Assembly (NCBI GenBank): GCA_963740085.1
Contig: CAVUCU010000001.1
Coordinates: forward strand, 1,024,001-1,088,000
DNA from: Nitrospirota bacterium
GTDB taxonomy: Bacteria > Nitrospirota > UBA9217
Reading direction: 5' to 3'
Length of the DNA: 64,000 bases
Part shown: positions 51,301 to 59,515 of the stretch, piece by piece
Numbering within the stretch: the first letter of the stretch is position 1
Layout of the letters: every line of letters begins with the position of its first letter
Translations under genes and position numbers: made by a program
Notes under the pieces: generated by a model
What the model saw: only the letters and a program-made list of their open reading frames with translations
What the model was told of the DNA's origin: nothing
Databases searched by the model: none

Positions 51301-52130
51301 AACTGTCCCGGGCCTTTACCCTCTGAGCCGATGGAAGCAACAAGCCTGCCGCGGGGCTCAAATTTCTTGACCTTATAGTTTCCCGTGTCCGCGACGTAAA
51401 TGTTTCCGCGGCTGTCCACTGCGATGCCCTGCGGCCGATCGAAACCGTCGGCACCTTTCCCCCGTGAACCAAAGACACGGACCTGAGCTCCGGACGGATC
51501 AAAGATGCGCACCATATCAGCCCCCGCGTCGAGGACGTATATCCGGTGTTGCACATCGACGGCCACACCGACAGGGGTCTTCATCTCATCGGTCTTCGTT
51601 CTCACCGTGATCTGGCGGATCGCGATGCCGTCGTCGGTCAGCACCTGCACACGACTGTTTCCTGTATCGGCAATAGTGACAAGCCCTTCGGAAACAGCGA
51701 TCCCGGTCGGGCCGCTGAACTCACGGAGGCCGTCGCCCCTCGCGCCGAAACCCCGCACCCACTTCCCCTCACTGTCGTACACCTGAATGCGGTTGTTGCC
51801 GGTGTCCGCCACATAGACGAGGCCCTGCTCATCGATCGCGATCCCCGAAGGATATTTGAACTGGCCCGGCTTGCTCCCTTTCAAGCCCCAGGACAGCACG
51901 GTCCTGCCGCTCTGGTCCAGAACGACGATGCGATGAGCCTCGGTATCGGCAATGTACAGGCGATCCCCGTACGCGGCCAATGCGCGGGGAGCGTTGAATT
52001 GCCGCTGCTTCGCCTGTTTTCCCGTTTCGCCGATCTCGCGCACGAACTCCATCGGCTGGAATGCGGCCGCTCGCGATACCAACAGCAAAAAAACAAGAAC
52101 GGCAAAAACGGAATGTCGAACAAAGACCAT
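48333..52130 (-). CDS. Exported NHL beta-propeller x2 / FN3 x2 / transglutaminase-like / TPR protein
   Basis: Many 'F..P.GIA.D..G..YVADTGN.R.Q.F' repeats; two FN3 ('W', 'Y..YR', 'YY..TAV'); 'SGDSDE..GH..WIPVE.T'; C-terminal TPRs. Confidence 0.85.
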   Translation of the reverse strand: MVFVRHSVFAVLVFLLLVSRAAAFQPMEFVREIGETGKQAKQRQFNAPRALAAYGDRLYIADTEAHRIVVLDQSGRTVLSWGLKGSKPGQFKYPSGIAIDEQGLVYVADTGNNRIQVYDSEGKWVRGFGARGDGLREFSGPTGIAVSEGLVTIADTGNSRVQVLTDDGIAIRQITVRTKTDEMKTPVGVAVDVQHRIYVLDAGADMVRIFDPSGAQVRVFGSRGKGADGFDRPQGIAVDSRGNIYVADTGNYKVKKFEPRGRLVASIGSEGKGPGQFRELTGLISDSENNIWVLDAARNTIQVFSTEVGDAPPLTKLSPLPGVEFYKEMRGEVAALSINKNAWGISGDSLMVLGDSGSHRVIGSRGSRPGFFKNSRGLAVDGLGNFWVADTGNDRLEKFSREGNLLQVFGKSGSGEGEFRSPSGVAVGPKGNISVADTGNRRVQVFSSKGMFLGAFGKAGKLSGQFGEVVDIAADAFENLYVADRGNDRIAKYDSNGGLIWETGKTGKEEGEFREPENIVVSPDNEVYVLDAGNSRVQVFDSNGKFLRKFGSEGSDAGQFRRPQGFALEEGLRLYVGDRGNKRVQVFLLKHTPALPKDVTAQATINEVQVSWKANTETYLDQYKIYRADSPTDAFRLIGTSTTTSYLDKNLPSNRTFLYRVSSQAREGNESALSGAVSAVTPKLVPAMPKRVRGDAWGKQITISWLPNLESFVTHYRVYRSRKASTGYVLLAKTEKTIFDDGPVANDTLYYYQITAVGSEGEESEPGEVVVASMPRASLTAQPIEIARVETGEVFVSAYKTYASHPLGKVVIANTTDIPYRKVKVRFSTRDFMDYPIETEVPEIAAKQQVEVPLKPLFNSKILGVTENMQLTCEIAVTFFAAGEPRTVTRSFPLTLYERHAMRWDNKAKLGAFVTHTDAVVSDLSRQIVQQYADAHPNLPQILVYARGIYDAFGVLGLKYIVNPASPFKDFSTNTAEVTYLQYPRDTLMKKSGDSDELSILFAACMENIGIDSALVNVPGHMFVLFNTGIEVPDRITLGIPNDLIVPYHGTVWIPVEMTMVGTSFTRAWQKGAEEYRDWAARNKVNVINVQKSWDEFKPVTLPRSGMRVKVKRNEIEATFKDELETLASRRLAFLSAAYRDALKRAPADLTMLGQLGILYGEDGLFSEALEQFQKMLALDKTNALALNNIGNINYLQGRLGDARLAYEAALRSSPGEPGVMVNLARVSLQAGKKEEAKKLFLDAAGIDPRVIRRYADLAERLGVK

Positions 52131-52349
52131 ACGTGCCTCCACGGATACGAACGCTAATCGACCGGCAGATGATCGATAAACGCGCATATTCTGGTAAATT
52201 ATGAACGGATTATAGCACACTGACCTTATCCTCGACACCAAAAATGTGTTTCAACAAATTTTGTCCTTCGACAGGCGCAGTGCATTTTCCTTTGACTTTC
52301 ACCCGATATTCAGGTATTTTTGAAAACGTACCGTGAGAGGAAAACTACC

Positions 52350-54182
52350 GTGATTATCAAAAGATCGGATATTCTCGTTGCCGCATTCCTCAGTATGGTT
52401 GCGCTCCTCACACCGGAGCCGGTCATGGCCAAGACGATTATTGTTGTGCAGAATTCCACTCAGTGCCCCACGGATATCGTTACCACTCCCTGTTATCTGA
52501 ACGTCAGCGATGCGATCACCAACGCCTTGGCCGGTGATTCGATCGAGATCAAACCCGGCACTTATCCCGGGCCTTTTACCATAAACCAGAATATTGCCTC
52601 GTTGTCCGGCGATGAGACCGCGCGCACGGTTCTTACCAGCAACGGGTCCGGAGCCGCGCTGACCGTAACCAACGTATCTGCGAGCATCGACATCAGAAGA
52701 CTTAACTTTACCAATGCTCAAACAGGGCTACTGGTGCAAAACTCACCATCGGTAACAATTACGAATAATATTTTTCAAGTGGGCTCGAGCAACACCGCAG
52801 TTCAATTGATCAACGCACCGAACACCAAAATAACGAACAATACTTTTTTCCAGGACGCGAACGGCATCAGTTCCGATCAAATTGCGGTGAATATCGTAAA
52901 TAATATTTTTTCGTCCCAATCGACTGCGATATCCCCGAACGTCGAGTTAACGGGCATTTTGTCAAATCTGTTCTTTAGCTGCACCAGCATCGGCCCAACA
53001 ATCTCTTTCGATTCCGCCGACACGGTCAACTATAAGCAAAATCTGCAAAACCAGGACCCGCTGTTCGTCGATACCTCCTCTTCGGACTTTCATCTGCAGG
53101 CAGGCTCTCCCTGCATTAACACGGGGAGTACGTCACCCGGTTTAAACACCATTGGAGATGCAACACATACCGACATGGGCGCTTATGGAAGTAATTCTAT
53201 GGACATCGTCCCATTCCCGGTCTCCGGCGTGACTTCCGCGACATCGGCCTCCGGGATCGACTTGGGATGGAAACCGAACAACAGCTACCAGGTGAGCGGC
53301 TACCGCGTCTATTATGGGAACGCGTCCGGAAGCCGGTCCGGCACTGGCGCGACGGAAGGCAATTCCGGATTCAATGTGACAACGGCCAGCGCCACGGTGA
53401 GCGGTCTTCCGACAACGGTTGCCACGCCCGCAACGCCGACGCTCGGCCCGACCCAGGCCCTGAATGAAAGCCTCTTGCTGAACTGGTCCGCTGTTCCCTC
53501 CGCCAAGAGATATAACGTTTACTACGGCACGACCTCCCCTCCTGGCACGCTTGCGGGCACAGCAGACACGACGACCTTTACCCTGACGGGTTTGACGAAC
53601 GGGCAAACATATTATGTGGCTGTTTCCGCAGTTGACGAGGCCATTTATTATTTTACGATAACCGCATTCGACAGCTTTGGAGTAACATCCGGTCCCACGG
53701 TCACCCCCGGTATCGCTCACGAGAGCGATTATTCGGTGGAAATTCCCGTAAGCATCGGCAATGCGGTGGAGGGACCTCTTTCCAACATTGTGTCGGATTT
53801 TCCCGAAACACTCAGCGCCTATCCGTCACTTCCCGAGGGACGTCAGGGATGCTTTATCGCGACGGCCGCTTATGGGCATTACTCCGATCCCGAAGTACAG
53901 GCATTGCGCGAGTTTCGCGATCGTTATCTTCTCACCAACAGCATTGGCCGCGCTTTCGTGGGATGGTATTACCAGTACAGTCCCGCTGCCGCCGCAGCCC
54001 TGAACGCACACCCGGCCTTGAAACCCCTGATCAGGGCGGCGTTGCTGCCCGCCGTTGGCGGGGCCTGCCTGTTGACCCGGACCTCGCTGCAGTTCAAGAT
54101 CAGCCTGCTGGTGGTCTTCGGATGCGCTGTTCTTTTCCTATTAAACAGAAAACGGTTTTCACGTTTCGGAGGCGACCGTTGA
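52350..54182 (+). CDS. Exported beta-helix + FN3 protein with CFI-box-CTERM tail
   Basis: Parallel beta-helix repeats, 'DFHLQAGSPCIN.G', FN3 domains, 'GCFIATAAYG....EV..LR.FRD..L', final TM + basic tail. Confidence 0.85.
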   Translation: MIIKRSDILVAAFLSMVALLTPEPVMAKTIIVVQNSTQCPTDIVTTPCYLNVSDAITNALAGDSIEIKPGTYPGPFTINQNIASLSGDETARTVLTSNGSGAALTVTNVSASIDIRRLNFTNAQTGLLVQNSPSVTITNNIFQVGSSNTAVQLINAPNTKITNNTFFQDANGISSDQIAVNIVNNIFSSQSTAISPNVELTGILSNLFFSCTSIGPTISFDSADTVNYKQNLQNQDPLFVDTSSSDFHLQAGSPCINTGSTSPGLNTIGDATHTDMGAYGSNSMDIVPFPVSGVTSATSASGIDLGWKPNNSYQVSGYRVYYGNASGSRSGTGATEGNSGFNVTTASATVSGLPTTVATPATPTLGPTQALNESLLLNWSAVPSAKRYNVYYGTTSPPGTLAGTADTTTFTLTGLTNGQTYYVAVSAVDEAIYYFTITAFDSFGVTSGPTVTPGIAHESDYSVEIPVSIGNAVEGPLSNIVSDFPETLSAYPSLPEGRQGCFIATAAYGHYSDPEVQALREFRDRYLLTNSIGRAFVGWYYQYSPAAAAALNAHPALKPLIRAALLPAVGGACLLTRTSLQFKISLLVVFGCAVLFLLNRKRFSRFGGDR

Positions 54183-54817
54183 AAAAGTTTATTATGCTCT
54201 TGATTGTTTTATTTGCTCCTGCAGTCGTCCATGCAGCCGATCCTCTTATTGACCATCCACATTGGTCGCTGGAGATCAAGGGGGGGACGTTCGCGCCGGC
54301 CTTGTCGAACTGGGCGCAGTATTACGACAAGAGGTCAATGCCGGCGTTTGAGGGATCCCTGGCCTACAAGCTGATCCGTCAGATCGACATCGGCATATCG
54401 GGCGGTTACGCCCAGGACAAGGGGCATGCCTATGCGCCGGTCCACGCAGCCTCGGCCGGAGAGGTAACCTACCGGATCGTTCCGGTCAATCTTTTTATCC
54501 TGTTGCGCGGGTTGGTGAGCGAGAATCAGTGGCTGGTCCCTTATGTGGGGGGGGGATTCACCAGACTGTATTATCAGGAAAAGATCGAGGGACAGGATTC
54601 AGTCAGAGGCTCGGTGGACGGTTATCATGTCAGGGGAGGCCTGCAGTTCCTGCTGAACGGTCTGGATGAGAACGCTGCGAACAGAATGTACATGGACTAC
54701 GGAGTTGACCACACGTATCTTGTCGTAGAGACGGAATACACTCATGCGGTTGTCCGCTCGGACTCAATCAATCTCGGCGGCACTGCGTATTTGATGGGTC
54801 TCTTGTTCGAGTTTTAA
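54179..54817 (+). CDS. Outer-membrane beta-barrel protein (MXAN_2562-like)
   Basis: GGAGG SD + TTG overlapping the upstream stop; signal peptide; 'LVPYVGGG', 'DYGVDHTYL', C-terminal 'GLLFEF'. Confidence 0.75.
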   Translation: MKKFIMLLIVLFAPAVVHAADPLIDHPHWSLEIKGGTFAPALSNWAQYYDKRSMPAFEGSLAYKLIRQIDIGISGGYAQDKGHAYAPVHAASAGEVTYRIVPVNLFILLRGLVSENQWLVPYVGGGFTRLYYQEKIEGQDSVRGSVDGYHVRGGLQFLLNGLDENAANRMYMDYGVDHTYLVVETEYTHAVVRSDSINLGGTAYLMGLLFEF

Positions 54818-54966
54818 CCGGGATCTCGGAACACTACTCGCTCGTGAACCATACGTCGGGTTTGGGGACGGCGGACATCGGGTCCCTGAATCGTCGCCAT
54901 TTCCGATCAATTCCCCTCTTCACCTGACCTCACCGTCCCTGATCTGAAGGGGTCAGATAGCGACCC

Positions 54967-55137
54967 TTACCAGCAAAATACCTTGTCACTGGCGAACACG
55001 TCCGCAACCAGTTTGTCGTATGCAATATCACCCTTCGTGAGATCAATGACCTTCGATTGATTTCCCGACGCCTGCACCTCGATGATCTTCTTCGTGCTTG
55101 CGTCAGGGGCTTTTTTTACAATGTGCAGAATCTTCAT
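54967..55137 (-). CDS. Small DsrH/TusB-like protein (56 aa)
   Basis: 'MKILHI', 'YDKLVADVF..DKV.CW'; AGGAGG SD. Confidence 0.7.
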   Translation of the reverse strand: MKILHIVKKAPDASTKKIIEVQASGNQSKVIDLTKGDIAYDKLVADVFASDKVFCW

Positions 55138-55156
55138 GGCGCGGTCCTCCTGATAC

Positions 55157-55435
55157 TTAGTACGGCACCACAAGGTCATACTCAAGGAGTTTCTTCGCCA
55201 TCTCCTCGAGCGTGATCGTTGTGTAGCCGTTTTCCGGATTATTGGAGTACATCTTCAACTCAAGGTCCGTGGCCAGTTCGAGTGGCTGCGCGATCACGGG
55301 GTCTTCCTTGTTAAGCTTGCGGTCGAGGACAAAGACCTCGATGGAATCGTCCGCAAGGGTGAGCCCGCCCGCTACACGGAGGGCCTCACCCGGGCGATCT
55401 CTCACGATAACCGCTATCCTTTTTACATCTCCCAT
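55157..55435 (-). CDS. DsrF/DsrE-like protein
   Basis: 'IAVIVRDR..EALR.A.GL', 'ITLEEMA..L.EYD.V'. Confidence 0.7.
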   Translation of the reverse strand: MGDVKRIAVIVRDRPGEALRVAGGLTLADDSIEVFVLDRKLNKEDPVIAQPLELATDLELKMYSNNPENGYTTITLEEMAKKLLEYDLVVPY

Positions 55436-55446
55436 AGTCTCTCTCC

Positions 55447-55752
55447 CTAAAATATCAGAACTCTCGTGCTGTCGTGCAGCATCCCGGCGTTATTGTACTG
55501 GCTGCCATAGGATATCCCTTCGGTCTTGGCGTGGACGCCGACCTGCTCGCAGCTGTGATCGCAGACCGATATCTCTATGCCGCCAACCTTGAGCAATTCG
55601 ATGAATTCGGGGTCACCGGTAAATTTCACGCCCTCGTCGGTCAAGAAGACCGTCACCGGATGCCCCGCCGCCCTCGCCGCCTTCGTGACACCGATAATGT
55701 GCTCCCGGTTCTCGTGCTTCGTGACCATGATTCCCAGCATTTCATCAGCCAT
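55447..55752 (-). CDS. DsrE-family protein
   Basis: 'V.VFLTDEGV', 'CDHSC', 'GSQY'. Confidence 0.82.
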   Translation of the reverse strand: MADEMLGIMVTKHENREHIIGVTKAARAAGHPVTVFLTDEGVKFTGDPEFIELLKVGGIEISVCDHSCEQVGVHAKTEGISYGSQYNNAGMLHDSTRVLIF

Positions 55753-55930
55753 GGTTCCACCTCGTCTTAAGTTGCATGTATTGAATAGAATAGAAAATAA
55801 ACATGATTCGTGGAAAAAACGTTGACTACTGCAATCATCACGGCTCAATTTTCTAACAATCGTTTTAACGGCGTCTGAAAACAAATGAGCCGGGCAGAAA
55901 TCTCCGCCCGGCAAAAGATACATCCGTATT

Positions 55931-56998
55931 TTACTCCAGGTCCCTCATCGGCCTGATGAGCACGAAGTACACCATGGTCCAGTTGCCCAGAATGATGAAC
56001 GCATTCGCCACCCAGCTCGAAACAGCAAGGGTGGACACGCCCGTGAGACTGTGTCCGATATTGCAACCGCCGCCGAGCTGAGCGCCGACTCCCATGATAA
56101 AACCGCCGAACATCACCTTCAGGAGCTCGTCCGCAGGCGGGACCTTGAGTTTCACTTCCTTCATGAACTTACCGCTGATATATGCGCCGATCGGCACCGT
56201 AAGCACATAGAAGGCGCTCCAGGACATCGTGATGCCGAGGATCGACGTGGACTCGGCCGCAGCGACCTTGGAGTCCCCGAAGAACACTCCGAGAAAAAAC
56301 TCGCGGACCGGACCGGTGAACGAGAGCCCGCGGGCCCTGCCCGTAAAATAGCCGGACGCCCAAAACGCCGCCACCGCAATGACTCCCACGAGAAGACCGA
56401 CAAGCGACCAGGAATATCCTTTTTTGGCCTTCTGGAACGGCTTGCCCCGGAAAACAAAATAGAAGATCGGGATCGTGACCACCGCGATGATGATCCACTT
56501 GTTGACTCCGATAATATTGTAGAGCGTCGGAACCTCCTCGTCACCTACGAACACCTGATAGTTTGTCAGTGAATCGAAGACCGGTTTCATGAATCCGAAC
56601 CTCGTCAAAACGATGCCGAAGAAGAAGCCGCAGACTGCCAGTACATAGGCCAGGTTTCCCTCGCCCACGCGGTACAGGATGCCGCTCCCGCAGCCGCCGG
56701 CGAGCACGATGCCCATGCCGAATATGAATCCGCCGATGATGTTCGCAAAGGGCGCAAAGCCCTGTCGATAGAGCAAGACAGTCTCACCAGCATGCTGGAT
56801 CCAGCCCATGTCCTCGATGATATTCGCGCCAATCATCGCGACAGCAACGGCAAGAAGATATGCCCGAAGCATCGTATAGTCCTGAAAAAGCACTTCGCGA
56901 AATGCGGAGTTCACGCAGAACCTGCCGCGCTGAAGTGCATAGCCGAACGCCGCACCGATCAGCAGGCCGGACAAAATGAACGCAATTGTAGAAACCAT
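55931..56998 (-). CDS. YeeE/YedE family thiosulfate/sulfur-compound transporter
   Basis: 'LQRGRFC', 'LAGGCGSG', 'GGGCNIG' three-Cys motifs. Confidence 0.92.
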   Translation of the reverse strand: MVSTIAFILSGLLIGAAFGYALQRGRFCVNSAFREVLFQDYTMLRAYLLAVAVAMIGANIIEDMGWIQHAGETVLLYRQGFAPFANIIGGFIFGMGIVLAGGCGSGILYRVGEGNLAYVLAVCGFFFGIVLTRFGFMKPVFDSLTNYQVFVGDEEVPTLYNIIGVNKWIIIAVVTIPIFYFVFRGKPFQKAKKGYSWSLVGLLVGVIAVAAFWASGYFTGRARGLSFTGPVREFFLGVFFGDSKVAAAESTSILGITMSWSAFYVLTVPIGAYISGKFMKEVKLKVPPADELLKVMFGGFIMGVGAQLGGGCNIGHSLTGVSTLAVSSWVANAFIILGNWTMVYFVLIRPMRDLE

Positions 56999-57081
56999 TC
57001 GCACCCCTCCTGGAAATCATTTCCCCTGTGGTTTTCGAACATGGTTTTCGAACCTGTGGAATGCAGCTTCCAGGCACGTGG

Positions 57082-57330
57082 TTACGGCTTCTTGATGTAG
57101 ATCTCCCACATACCTTTATCTTCTATCTTCACGGCCTCGACGCTGAGATTGTTCTTCTCGCAGTAGCGCGGGATGCTGTCCTCGGCCGAGGCCGGCGCAT
57201 CGCACAGCACTTTGATCGTCTGGCCGCTGCCGAGCTTCTCGATCGCCTTCTTGGTCAGGAGCAGCGGGTAGGGACATACCCTGCCGAGGGTGTCCAGAGT
57301 CTGGTCCGGTGTTGCAGTCTTGATTGACAT
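57082..57330 (-). CDS. tusA: TusA/SirA-family sulfur carrier
   Basis: 'LD.LG..CPYP'; AAGGAGG SD. Confidence 0.88.
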   Translation of the reverse strand: MSIKTATPDQTLDTLGRVCPYPLLLTKKAIEKLGSGQTIKVLCDAPASAEDSIPRYCEKNNLSVEAVKIEDKGMWEIYIKKP

Positions 57331-57643
57331 GTGATTCCTCCTTAGTGATATTAGAAAATTCGGGCGTTCACGAAAACGACCCGTTGACAAAAAGCGGTGA
57401 CGTGCAACAGTACAACCATGGTGCGAAACGCAAGGAATCCGGGTACCACCTCCTCGTGCGCAAGTTCGTACAGCCGCCCTGGGATAAAAGACAATGATCG
57501 TTCTCAGAGAAAGCCTGGGCGGGTCGGGCAGGTGTAGTAACTTATCAAAAACCGCGTTTCCTGTCAATACACGTTTTATGATTTCTTACATTAACAAAAC
57601 GGGAATCCACTATTTGACATTATTATAGCCCCGTGCGATTTGC

Positions 57644-58030
57644 TTATAGCAGTGACAGAAGGGTCAGTGCGATGACCACCGCGAGCAGGCAACAGCCGAG
57701 GATCGCGGGGATTATCCTCTGCCGGAGCCCGGTCGATTTTGATTTATCGAGGAACGGAGTAAGCAGAAGCGCGCCGAGTGCAATACCCGGCAGCAGCACG
57801 GCGCCGACGAATGTCCAGCCGCCGTAGAAGTATTTGGTGAGCTGATACAGGAACAGAAAATACCATTCCGGACGCGGGCTGAACTGGGCGGAGAAATCTA
57901 TTTCCCTGCCGATCCGCGGAGGGAACAGGACCGCGAGGACCAGCACCGCCTCGATCGTGAACATCACCACGAGCATGATCTCGAAGAAATAGTAGGGAAA
58001 GAACTTATTATCGTTTTTACTGTCTAGCAT
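57644..58030 (-). CDS. Cytochrome b6 subunit IV-like (C-terminal half of split cytochrome b)
   Basis: 'FFP', 'PEWYFLF.YQ', 'PFLD'. Confidence 0.88.
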   Translation of the reverse strand: MLDSKNDNKFFPYYFFEIMLVVMFTIEAVLVLAVLFPPRIGREIDFSAQFSPRPEWYFLFLYQLTKYFYGGWTFVGAVLLPGIALGALLLTPFLDKSKSTGLRQRIIPAILGCCLLAVVIALTLLSLL

Positions 58031-58064
58031 AGGGCGGCGTATAGCCAAAACCAAAGAACAAAAA

Positions 58065-58167
58065 CCTTTGACACTGAAAAATCTGATAAAGGCTATGATA
58101 ACAGCTGATAAATCAAGGCATTATCATGGTTCTTCATACTTCAATCCGCCTTTATCCGTGTCCAAGG
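58065..58167. repeat. Inverted-repeat intergenic element (same family as the outer element at 36843-37062)
   Basis: cctttgacactgaaaa ... atccgcctttatccgtgtccaagg; right arm nearly identical to 37040-37062. Confidence 0.7.
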
Positions 58168-58210
58168 TTTTCCTTTCTTGCCTTCTATCTTCTGACCCTG
58201 ACTCCTGACT

Positions 58211-58855
58211 CTACATTCTCCCCGATATCCCCAGTCTCCGAATAATATGGAAATGCACCCAGAGGAAGAGCGCTGTCACGACCGGGAACCAGAGCATGTG
58301 CATGCTGTAAAAACGGAGGAGCGTCTCGCCTGTCACTTCCGTCCCGCCGCGCACAAAGGCGGTGAGATGCGGCCCGAAGAACGGCACCGAGCCAAGCATG
58401 TTGGTCCCCACCACCGTCGCCCAGTACGCCTTCTGGTCCCAGGGCAGGAGGTAGCCGGTGAAACCGAACGCCAGCGTCATCACGAACAGCAGGGTGCCGG
58501 CGACCCAGGTCAGCTCCCTGGGATTTTTGTAAGAACCGGTGACGAAGACCCTGATCATATGGAGCAGCACCATCACGACCATGAGGTTCGCGGCCCATTT
58601 ATGTACTGAACGGAGCAGGCCTCCCAGCGGTACGGTCTGGTCCAGGCGCTGGATGCTCGCATACGCCTCCGCGTCCGAAGGGTTGTAGTGTATCGACAGG
58701 AGCAATCCGGTCAGGAACTGCACGATGAACAGCGTGAACGTTATCCCCCCGAAGCAATAAAAATAGTTGATCCACCCGGGCACCGGCCTGTCCATCACCC
58801 TCCGGTGTCTGCTCGTGAGTCCCATGCGACTGTTGAGGTAGTCTAGAAGTTTCAT
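58211..58855 (-). CDS. Cytochrome b6-type (N-terminal half of split cytochrome b)
   Basis: 'YCFGG', 'RSVH.W.A', 'LHM.RV', 'GYLLPWDQ', H..(13-14)..H pairs. Confidence 0.92.
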   Translation of the reverse strand: MKLLDYLNSRMGLTSRHRRVMDRPVPGWINYFYCFGGITFTLFIVQFLTGLLLSIHYNPSDAEAYASIQRLDQTVPLGGLLRSVHKWAANLMVVMVLLHMIRVFVTGSYKNPRELTWVAGTLLFVMTLAFGFTGYLLPWDQKAYWATVVGTNMLGSVPFFGPHLTAFVRGGTEVTGETLLRFYSMHMLWFPVVTALFLWVHFHIIRRLGISGRM

Positions 58856-58887
58856 ATAAGGTGCTCTCTACACCTGGCATTCGGCAT

Positions 58888-59340
58888 TTACACTTTGACG
58901 CCGACGAACAGCGTTCCGTCCTGAATCTTCAGGGGAAAGCGCGTAAGCGGCGCCGGAGGCGGGCCGGAAATGTTCCTGCCGGTCAGATCATACCTCCCGC
59001 CGTGGCAAGGGCAGACAAATTCCTGTTTTTCTTTATGGTAACTGACCAGGCATCCAAGATGCGAACAGACAGCGGAAAAAACCACCGGTCCCTCTGAAGA
59101 AGAGACGATAAAGACCCTGGCTTTCCTTTCTTTGCCCAGCACGGTGAACAGCAGCTCCGCCTTTTTCACGCCGATCCGCGGGATCTCCTCTTCGGCCATG
59201 AGCGGGAAAAAGACCAGCTTCTTATCACGGCTGCCGGTGGGAGCGAAGATCTTGACGGCGGGGAACAGAAATCCGAGGCCGAGCAGAGCGAGCGCCCCAT
59301 AGAGCGCCTTTTTGATAAATTCCCGCCTGCCGGTTTCCAT
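58888..59340 (-). CDS. Rieske [2Fe-2S] subunit with Tat signal
   Basis: 'GRREFIK', 'CSHLGC', 'CPCHGG', 'GPPP.PL'. Confidence 0.95.
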   Translation of the reverse strand: METGRREFIKKALYGALALLGLGFLFPAVKIFAPTGSRDKKLVFFPLMAEEEIPRIGVKKAELLFTVLGKERKARVFIVSSSEGPVVFSAVCSHLGCLVSYHKEKQEFVCPCHGGRYDLTGRNISGPPPAPLTRFPLKIQDGTLFVGVKV

Positions 59341-59515
59341 GGATTTTTATACTACGATAGGAAGATGGTGTCAACCACGAAAGAGTGTCAGGGTCACCGG
59401 GAAAATACCGCCGAGGGTCGGGGCGGACGTTTGCTGTTTCCGGGGACAACCGGGATGAGTCTCATAATGAGGAGACAGTGGGTACTATAGACCGGAGGAA
59501 AAGCTTTTCATTCAT

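Noticed and set aside
54967-57330. Additional Sec codons in TusA/YeeE/DsrE genes
   Set aside because: All are uninterrupted ORFs with Cys at the motif positions
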